Below are positions 57,678 through 64,000 of a DNA stretch of 64,000 bases, piece by piece (the first letter of the stretch is position 1; each line of letters opens with the position of its first letter). This DNA is from an uncultured Candidatus Saccharibacteria bacterium. Its GTDB lineage: Bacteria; Patescibacteriota; CPR2; UBA1875; CAIMLA01. The notes under the pieces are model-generated. The model had not been told where the DNA came from, did no database searches, and saw only the letters and a program-made list of their open reading frames with translations. The stretch covers positions 8,416 through 72,415 of the forward strand of contig CAZEFH010000002.1 in NCBI GenBank assembly GCA_964511435.1, written 5' to 3'. Both the position numbers and the translations under genes were made by a program.

Positions 57678-58082
57678 ATGTATATAGACTGGACAGATGA
57701 CCTCAGTGTCGGGGTTAAGGAGATAGATCAGCAGCACAAGCGCTTCTTAGTGATAATTAATGAGCTCTATGATGCACTTGAGAATCAGAATGAGAAAACT
57801 GTCCTTGGCGACATTCTTGGTAAGCTCGAATCCTACGCGATGTACCACTTTATGACCGAAGAGAAGTATATGGATGAATTAGGGTTTGATGGCGCGGAGG
57901 AGCATAAGGCAGAGCACAAATCACTCAGTCTAAAGATTGCAGACTTTCGAACTGAATACCAGGATGACGAAGAAAAGTATGCTCAGGAACTCTTGCACTT
58001 TCTCAAGGACTGGCTCACTCACCACCTGATGGAGGTGGACAAAAAGTATGAACAATGCTTCCGAGAGCATGGGCTGAAATAG
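57678..58082 (+). CDS. Bacteriohemerythrin (hemerythrin HHE cation-binding domain)
   Basis: The motifs are W.D.L.VGV..ID.QHK.F...IN.L, H...EE..M and H...H with the spacing typical of hemerythrin iron ligands. Confidence 0.75.
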   Translation: MYIDWTDDLSVGVKEIDQQHKRFLVIINELYDALENQNEKTVLGDILGKLESYAMYHFMTEEKYMDELGFDGAEEHKAEHKSLSLKIADFRTEYQDDEEKYAQELLHFLKDWLTHHLMEVDKKYEQCFREHGLK

Positions 58083-58103
58083 GGCGAGAGCCCTATTTTT
58101 TTA
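58079..58103 (+). terminator. Rho-independent terminator (ATAGGGC, loop GAGA, GCCCTAT, then T7)
   Basis: A perfect 7-bp stem followed by a T-run. Confidence 0.7.
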
Positions 58104-58179
58104 TAGACAAAACAGCACAAATATGTTAAAGTATCTTGCGTTCACCATGGTTGTATATGTCTCTGAAGGGGGACTCGCT

Positions 58180-58728
58180 ATGACTACGACTGAAAGTACG
58201 GGGATAGTCCTGTCGGAAGAGGAGATGAATCTCAAGGATATCGCCTGGAGAGCCTTCGGGAGACGGCAGAAGATGCCGTTCGATGATCTGGCTCGCGCGA
58301 TGACTCGGGCATCCTGGGCGAGAATCCTCATTCGTCTCGGTGTGGTCGTTGTGGACGAGGCGGAGCCTGGCATTGTTCGCAAGACGAAGCTCCCTGTCAG
58401 GCTGAAGGAGCGTCCGGTAATTCGTGGAAGCGAATTCGGGGATGTTCCCCAGTCGGTGACCAGACAGCGTGAAACCATGGAGGTGATGCGAGATCGAATT
58501 GCAAGTCTGAGTGAACGAGAGCGACAGATACTGGATGCCTGCGCTTTCAGTGTTGACTGGGCTAGTACCAGTCATGTCTACCGTATCAAACTCGTCGAAG
58601 TCAAGCGTCGTACAGGCTGTAAGACTTCAGATATCGCTGCACTGATGAAGAAGATCGGAATCCCGACGAGCGGAAACAAGGGACTTACCTGGGTCCTGCC
58701 GTCTTGGTTCCGTGGCGCTTTGCTCTAA
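58180..58728 (+). CDS. Hypothetical protein encoded in the third high-GC patch
   Basis: GC3 is high. A GAAGGGGGA Shine-Dalgarno lies 6 nt upstream of the ATG at 58180. The ORF track extends the frame to 58123. No recognised domain; an ERERQIL segment is only vaguely HTH-like. Confidence 0.45.
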   Translation: MTTTESTGIVLSEEEMNLKDIAWRAFGRRQKMPFDDLARAMTRASWARILIRLGVVVVDEAEPGIVRKTKLPVRLKERPVIRGSEFGDVPQSVTRQRETMEVMRDRIASLSERERQILDACAFSVDWASTSHVYRIKLVEVKRRTGCKTSDIAALMKKIGIPTSGNKGLTWVLPSWFRGALL

Positions 58729-58757
58729 GGGGCGGTGTCGTACACCACGTGTAAAAA

Positions 58758-58790
58758 CGAGGGTGCGGCACCGCCCCTCGTTCGTTTTAG
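58758..58790. terminator. Bidirectional terminator hairpin (ACGAGGG...CCCTCGT inside a longer AGGGGCGGTG/CACCGCCCCT stem) shared by the high-GC gene (+) and lepA (-)
   Basis: The stem is followed by a T-run on both strands. Confidence 0.55.
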
Positions 58791-60568
58791 TCTTTCTTTA
58801 GTAGCTCCATGAAGACACCGGAAGGGATCTCTACCTTACCGAATTTCTTCATTCTTTTCTTACCCTCTTTTTGTTTATTGAGGAGTTTATTTTTACGTGT
58901 AACATCGCCTCCATATAGCTTGGCTGTGACATCCTTACGCATTGCCGAGATGTCTTCACGGGCGATGATCTTTCCGCCGATGGCGGCCTGAAGCGCAACT
59001 TTGAAGAGCTGTTTTGGGATAAGCTCCTTTAGCTTTTCAACTACTTGTTTGCCGACAGTCTGAGCCTCGCTACGATGGACCAGAAGAGAAAGAGTGTCTA
59101 CTACTGTTTCAGCGATGTAAATGTCAACTTTTACTAGGTCTCCAGTCCGATACTCTAGAAACTCATAGTTCATACTTGCATAGCCGGAGCTGATGCTCTT
59201 TAACTGATCAAAGAAGTCGGTCACTATTTGTGAAAGCGGAAGCTCGCACTTTATGACCACTCGGGTTTCTTCGAGATAATCGATGTTGCCGAAGATACCG
59301 CGGCGGTTCGAGATTAGCTCCATGATAACGCCGATATATTCACTTGGGGTCACAATCTCAACTTTGACCCATGGCTCTCTGATTTCCTGGATGTGCATAA
59401 TACTTGGCAGCTCCGCGGGGCTATTTATAATGATGACTTCTTTGTTTGTCTTTACGATTTCATATGCCACTGAGGGAACGGTTACAAGGAGGTCAAGATT
59501 ATACTCTCTCTCCAGACGCTCCTTAATGATGTCCATATGAAGGAGTCCGAGGAAGCCACAACGAAAGCCAAATCCAAGAGCGCTTGAGACCTCTGGTTCA
59601 TATGATAGGGAGGAGTCTGATAGGCTGAGCTTGCCGAGAGCCTCACGCAAGAGTGGGTAATCGTCGCCCTCCGTAGTATAGATACCGGCAAAAACGAATG
59701 GCTTCACCATTTTGTATCCCGAGAGCGCCTCGACTCCCTTGTCTGTGGCTAGAGTAACAGTATCACCGACTCTAGCTCCAGACACATCCTTGAGTCCGGT
59801 GACGATATAGCCGATTTCGCCCGTGAGAAGTTCTGTTTGTGGGATGAACTTCGGTGTCATATATCCTATCTCGAGACTTTCAGCACCAGATTTCGTCCCA
59901 AGCATATACAGCTTCTGCCCCTTTGGCAGCTTGCCATCAACAACTCGAACATAGGCGACCACACCTTTGTAGATGTCATAGTATGAATCAAAGATGAGAG
60001 CACGGAAAGGTTTATCTTTCTCACCAACAGGAGCTGGCACTTTCTCGATCACGCGGTCCAGAATCTCGGCTACGCCTTCGCCAGTTTTCCCAGAGGCCAG
60101 AATTATTTCTTCGCGCTTCACCCCGAGAAGGTCAATAATTTCCTGAGCCACCTTCTCTGGTTCTGCATGGGGTAAGTCGATTTTATTAAGAACCGGAATA
60201 ATTTCGAGATTATGTTCTAGAGCAAGATAAATATTGGAAAGAGTCTGGGCTTCAATCCCCTGGGAAGCGTCGACGACCAGAATCGCACCCTCGACCGCCG
60301 CCAGAGAACGAGATACTTCATAAGTAAAGTCGACATGACCAGGGGTATCGATGAGATTCAGAATGTGACCATTGTATTCCATACGAGCAGGCTGAAGCTT
60401 GATAGTGATGCCGCGCTCTTGTTCTAGTTCCATCGTGTCGAGAAGCTGAGCATGCATGTCCCTTTTGTCAATGGTACCAGTCACTTCCAAAAAACGATCC
60501 GACAGCGTAGATTTGCCGTGATCGATATGGGCGATGATGCAGAAATTACGAATTTTTGATTGGTCCAT
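58787..60568 (-). CDS. lepA: Elongation factor 4 (LepA)
   Basis: The motifs are IRNFCIIAHIDHGKSTL, DTPGHVDF and NKID, and the C-terminal domain is typical of LepA. The length is 593 aa. Confidence 0.95.
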   Translation of the reverse strand: MDQSKIRNFCIIAHIDHGKSTLSDRFLEVTGTIDKRDMHAQLLDTMELEQERGITIKLQPARMEYNGHILNLIDTPGHVDFTYEVSRSLAAVEGAILVVDASQGIEAQTLSNIYLALEHNLEIIPVLNKIDLPHAEPEKVAQEIIDLLGVKREEIILASGKTGEGVAEILDRVIEKVPAPVGEKDKPFRALIFDSYYDIYKGVVAYVRVVDGKLPKGQKLYMLGTKSGAESLEIGYMTPKFIPQTELLTGEIGYIVTGLKDVSGARVGDTVTLATDKGVEALSGYKMVKPFVFAGIYTTEGDDYPLLREALGKLSLSDSSLSYEPEVSSALGFGFRCGFLGLLHMDIIKERLEREYNLDLLVTVPSVAYEIVKTNKEVIIINSPAELPSIMHIQEIREPWVKVEIVTPSEYIGVIMELISNRRGIFGNIDYLEETRVVIKCELPLSQIVTDFFDQLKSISSGYASMNYEFLEYRTGDLVKVDIYIAETVVDTLSLLVHRSEAQTVGKQVVEKLKELIPKQLFKVALQAAIGGKIIAREDISAMRKDVTAKLYGGDVTRKNKLLNKQKEGKKRMKKFGKVEIPSGVFMELLKKD

Positions 60569-62214
60569 TAGGCCTTTCGAAGTCTTAATTTATCGAGTAC
60601 AAATTTCGTCTCTTCGCACTTCATTAGCCAGGTAAAGAAGACGTAAGTCAGGGCGCCGAGGCCGATAGCGCCCATAGTCTGAAGGAAAAGGCCGACAACA
60701 CTCAGGGTATTAACAAGTGGGTCAAAGAGGTAGAGCCCGTAGTGGACTATGATTCCCATTAGAGTAGAGGCGAGAATAAGTCTAGTCGTTGATTCAAATA
60801 TTTTGTGGTCGGGGTCGAGTGCTCCAATCTGATTGTGTAGGGCAATAAATAGGGCCACAGCATTCACGATACCTGCAATCGAGAAGGCGAGAGCGATGCC
60901 GGCGACACCGAGCTGGAGTGGAGCCACAAACGGTAGTGCTACTGAAAGCACTGCATTTACTATCATAACGGCAATACTGATATAGAGAGGGGTTTTGGTG
61001 TCTTGAATCGCATAGAAAGCCTTCAGTAGAAGGGGAATGAGTCCCTGGGCGACAAGACCAACCGCAAAGAAAAGAAGTGCTTTGGTTGTCCAATAGGTGT
61101 TGTCCCAACTGAAGTTCCCGATGCCGAAGACAAGGCGAATTACTTGAGCGCGGAGGACAATTAGTCCAATAGTAGCAGGGATCGTAAAGTAGAGGATGCG
61201 GCGAGCGCTCCAAGAAAAGTTCGCCATGAAGTCTTTCATATTGTTCTTAGTTTTCGCTTCGGAGAGGACTGGGAAAATGGCTGTTGCGATTGCGATGCCA
61301 AAGATGACCGTTGGTGCTGTCTGGATATCGTTGGCAAAGTTTAGTACGGTGATACCACCGACAAAGAAAGAGGCGACGATGGTGTCGACAAAAAGATTTA
61401 TTTGTCCGACACCGATGGCGATAGTTCGGGGCAACATCAGTGTAATGATGCGGCCGATTTGTCCTTTTTGTAGATTGAGAATTGGCCGCCAGCGGAAGCC
61501 AGTAGTTAGCACTGAAGGTAGCTGAATCAGGGCGTGGAAAAAAGCGCCGATGATAACGCCGATACCAAGGGCATAAACTGGGGTTTCGAATCGAGGCACC
61601 AGTATAGTTGCAGCTGCTATTATGGAGAGATTGTAGATTAGTGGAGCTAGAGAGTAGGCGATAAATTTTTTGTGCGAATTAAGGATGCCCCCAAAAACAC
61701 CAGAGATAGCCATTAAAACAGGGGATACTAGCATCATCCTTGTTAGGTTTACTGTAACCTGGAATATTTGTGGATCATGTCCAGCCTTGTTGAAAAATCC
61801 AGGGAAGATAAACGGCACTAGCTTCGGCGCCAGTAGAAAAAGTACCGCAGCAAATACGATAGCGGCGAGAAAAATAAAGTTTAGGAAGGAGGTAGCGAGC
61901 TCGTTTGCTTCATCTTGATTTTTCGCGTTTAGCTTCTCAATGAATACTGGAATAAATGCACTTGAAAGAGCACCTAGAATTAGTAAGTTGAAGATGGTAT
62001 CTGGGATGCGAAATGAGGCATAGAAGGCATCTGTCATCGAGCCGGCACCAAAGGTTCCAGCAATAACGCGTTCACGCCAGAGGCCGAGTATATTGGACAT
62101 AAGACCAGTAGCACCGAGAATAACCGCAGCATTGCCGATAGTCAGCTTCTTGCTACTGATGTCATACCAAAACTTTCTTACTCGATTCATATTTTCTATA
62201 TCCTCTTTCGTCAT
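60568..62214 (-). CDS. murJ: Lipid II flippase MurJ (MviN family)
   Basis: It is 548 aa with about 14 TM helices and a MurJ-type N-terminus (SF..P.). Confidence 0.85.
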   Translation of the reverse strand: MTKEDIENMNRVRKFWYDISSKKLTIGNAAVILGATGLMSNILGLWRERVIAGTFGAGSMTDAFYASFRIPDTIFNLLILGALSSAFIPVFIEKLNAKNQDEANELATSFLNFIFLAAIVFAAVLFLLAPKLVPFIFPGFFNKAGHDPQIFQVTVNLTRMMLVSPVLMAISGVFGGILNSHKKFIAYSLAPLIYNLSIIAAATILVPRFETPVYALGIGVIIGAFFHALIQLPSVLTTGFRWRPILNLQKGQIGRIITLMLPRTIAIGVGQINLFVDTIVASFFVGGITVLNFANDIQTAPTVIFGIAIATAIFPVLSEAKTKNNMKDFMANFSWSARRILYFTIPATIGLIVLRAQVIRLVFGIGNFSWDNTYWTTKALLFFAVGLVAQGLIPLLLKAFYAIQDTKTPLYISIAVMIVNAVLSVALPFVAPLQLGVAGIALAFSIAGIVNAVALFIALHNQIGALDPDHKIFESTTRLILASTLMGIIVHYGLYLFDPLVNTLSVVGLFLQTMGAIGLGALTYVFFTWLMKCEETKFVLDKLRLRKA

Positions 62215-62439
62215 TCCAAGCTTGATTTGGAATCCAATCTATATCTATTATCTTTGATTAATATATTTTTTGCCACCTCCTCTTGAAAGTAGGTGGCGCC
62301 AGGTTCAAGAAAAATTGAACTCCTTCATCTCAGTACGAAATTCTGCTTTGCAGTAATTTCTAGCTAGAGGGTGATAGTCGGGTGACTGTGGTCACCGAGC
62401 GATTTTTCAAAGTAGCGCACGGGAAACTTTATAAACTTT

Positions 62440-64000
62440 TTACTTTGATTTATCCATGATTGCTTTAAATTCATCTGCATCAAGAGTTTCTTTTTCGAGT
62501 AGTGCAGCAGCAACGGCTTCTAGCTTCTTCTTGTTCTTGGTAATAGTGGCCGCTGCCTTCTTATAACCTTCTTCGACAAATCTATCAACCTCAGCGTCAA
62601 TAAGGGCTGCCACTTTTTCTGAGTAATCTTTGTCGTGTTCACCTAGCTCACGGCCGAGGAAAACTAGCTCTTCGCGGCGACCATAAACGCGATTACCAAG
62701 GACATCACTCATACCATAGCGAGTGACCATTTCGCGTGAGAGCTTGGTTGCTCTCTCCATATCATTCGAGGCACCAGTTGTGACGTCAGAGAAAAAGATC
62801 TTCTCAGCTGCACGTCCGCCGAGCATCATCGCTATATCGTCCTCAAGCTCAGATTTACTAGAGAGCTTCTTGTCTTCTTCTGGCAGTGACCAGGTAACGC
62901 CGAGTGCCATGCCACGAGAAACAATCGAGATTTTGTGGATAGGATCAGTGCCGGCAAGAAGGTGGCCGACGACTGCGTGTCCAGCTTCGTGATAAGCCGT
63001 GATTTTCTTTTCTTTTTCGCTCATACCGGCGCCCTTGCGCTCTGGTCCGAGATAGACTTTTTCAATTGCCTTTTCGACGTCGATGGCAAAGATTTCCTTC
63101 TTGTTTTCACGAGCGGCAAAGATAGCGGCCTCGTTCAGAATGTTCTGAAGATCTGCTCCAGAGAAGCCTGGAGTCTGGCGTGCTATCACAGAAAGGTCGA
63201 CGTTCTTTGCAAGTGGCTTATTCTTGGCATGAACCTTGAGAATCTCCTCTCGGTCTTTGATATCGGGCATATCAAGGACTACTTTACGGTCAAAGCGCCC
63301 AGGACGCTGAAGTGCAGGGTCAAGGACATCAGGACGGTTAGTTGCTGCCATCACGATGACATTAGTATCTGTCTCGAAACCATCCATTTCAGTAAGAATC
63401 TGATTCAGGGTCTGCTCACGCTCATCATGAGATCCACCCATTCCAGTACCACGTTGGCGACCAACGGCATCGATTTCGTCAATAAAGATGATGCAAGGAG
63501 CATTCTTCTTCGCCTTGGCGAAAAGATCGCGAACACGAGAAGCACCGACACCGACAAACATTTCTACGAATTCAGAGCCAGAAATAGAAAAGAAGGGTAC
63601 TCCGGCTTCACCAGCCACAGCGCGTGCCATCAGAGTTTTGCCTGTTCCTGGTTGACCAAAAAGCAGTACTCCCTTAGGAATTTTGGCACCGAGAGCGGTG
63701 AACTTCTTTGGATGTTTTAGGAAATCAACGATTTCCATTAGTTCTTGCTTTGCTTCAGCGGCACCAGCGACGTCAGCAAAAGTAATTTTGTCTTTCTTGG
63801 CATCAGCAAGACGGGCACTCGACTTACCAAAACTCATTGCCTGATTATTGCCTCCTTGTGCCTGACGCAGCATAAAGTAGAAGAATCCGATGATAAGGAC
63901 AAACGGCACTACGGTCGTAAGTAGGGTAATCCAGATTGAATTATCGCTACCAGTCTTAATATCTATATTTACTTTACTTGGATCAGCACCGAGATCTTTG
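62440..64000 (-). CDS. ftsH: ATP-dependent zinc metalloprotease FtsH; the N-terminal membrane region runs to or past the window edge
   Basis: AAA+ Walker A (GQPGTGKT), Walker B (IIFIDEIDA), the SRH motif and the zinc site (HEAGHA) are present. The ORF track places the start at 63909, but a hydrophobic TM2-like segment is encoded just upstream. Confidence 0.9.
   Translation of the reverse strand, partial: KDLGADPSKVNIDIKTGSDNSIWITLLTTVVPFVLIIGFFYFMLRQAQGGNNQAMSFGKSSARLADAKKDKITFADVAGAAEAKQELMEIVDFLKHPKKFTALGAKIPKGVLLFGQPGTGKTLMARAVAGEAGVPFFSISGSEFVEMFVGVGASRVRDLFAKAKKNAPCIIFIDEIDAVGRQRGTGMGGSHDEREQTLNQILTEMDGFETDTNVIVMAATNRPDVLDPALQRPGRFDRKVVLDMPDIKDREEILKVHAKNKPLAKNVDLSVIARQTPGFSGADLQNILNEAAIFAARENKKEIFAIDVEKAIEKVYLGPERKGAGMSEKEKKITAYHEAGHAVVGHLLAGTDPIHKISIVSRGMALGVTWSLPEEDKKLSSKSELEDDIAMMLGGRAAEKIFFSDVTTGASNDMERATKLSREMVTRYGMSDVLGNRVYGRREELVFLGRELGEHDKDYSEKVAALIDAEVDRFVEEGYKKAAATITKNKKKLEAVAAALLEKETLDADEFKAIMDKSK

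Noticed and set aside
62255-62300. Hairpin GCCACCT...AGGTGGC between murJ and ftsH as a terminator
   Set aside because: The T-run precedes the stem on the + strand, so the minus-strand RNA would carry an A-run after the stem. This is not a canonical intrinsic terminator for either orientation.
63880-64000. Possible frameshift at the FtsH N-terminus. The ORF-track start (63909, MPFV...) and my reading of 63901..63909 differ by 2 nt. A hydrophobic TM2-like segment ([22 protein letters not shown]) is encoded just upstream in an adjacent frame
   Set aside because: I cannot resolve this by eye at the window edge. It may be my transcription error or a local indel. I annotated ftsH as running to the window edge instead of calling a pseudogene.

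Overview
This 64-kb window reads as a chromosomal segment from a small-genome, Gram-positive-like or Patescibacteria/CPR-like bacterium; the lineage call is inference only. It spans the replication origin, with dnaA, dnaN, recF and a DUF721 gene, and DnaA boxes on both sides of dnaA. Starting at the left edge of the window, the segment contains:
- a type IV secretion or conjugation-like module: a PrgI/VirB3-like protein, a VirB4 homologue split into two ORFs, and an M15 + NlpC/P60 cell-wall hydrolase;
- yidC and jag, then a roughly 19-kb cell-envelope glycopolymer cluster: galU, galE, GT2, GT4 and GT26 glycosyltransferases, a GtrB-like transferase, a WecA/MraY-type transferase, a Wzx-like flippase, a Wzy/WaaL-like protein, an ABC-2 exporter and an LTA-synthase-like protein;
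- a GlmU-like gene and ppaC, then rpmH, rnpA and yidD;
- a large secreted lipase-like protein preceded by an ArsR-family regulator flanked by two copies of a palindromic operator;
- a VanW-family protein and the complete F1Fo ATP synthase operon;
- a tRNA-Asn(GUU) gene split by a 519-bp group I intron that encodes an HNH endonuclease;
- hemerythrin, lepA, murJ and ftsH.

The most unusual signal is three short patches of clearly higher GC, judged by eye and not computed. They lie at about 41.5-42.7 kb, 48.8-49.3 kb and 58.1-58.8 kb. Each sits in an intergenic slot directly after a host terminator, and each gene has a G-rich Shine-Dalgarno. The first patch is a tight three-gene operon of unrecognisable proteins, divergent from the ArsR-like regulator. 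The second is a high-GC paralogue of the neighbouring native gene. Other notable points are a perfect 657-bp in-frame tandem duplication in a secreted protein, a four-helix-bundle gene flanked by about 20-bp inverted repeats, and a recurring TTTATGCTAAAATA promoter motif. Start coordinates are approximate where alternative GTG/TTG starts are possible.
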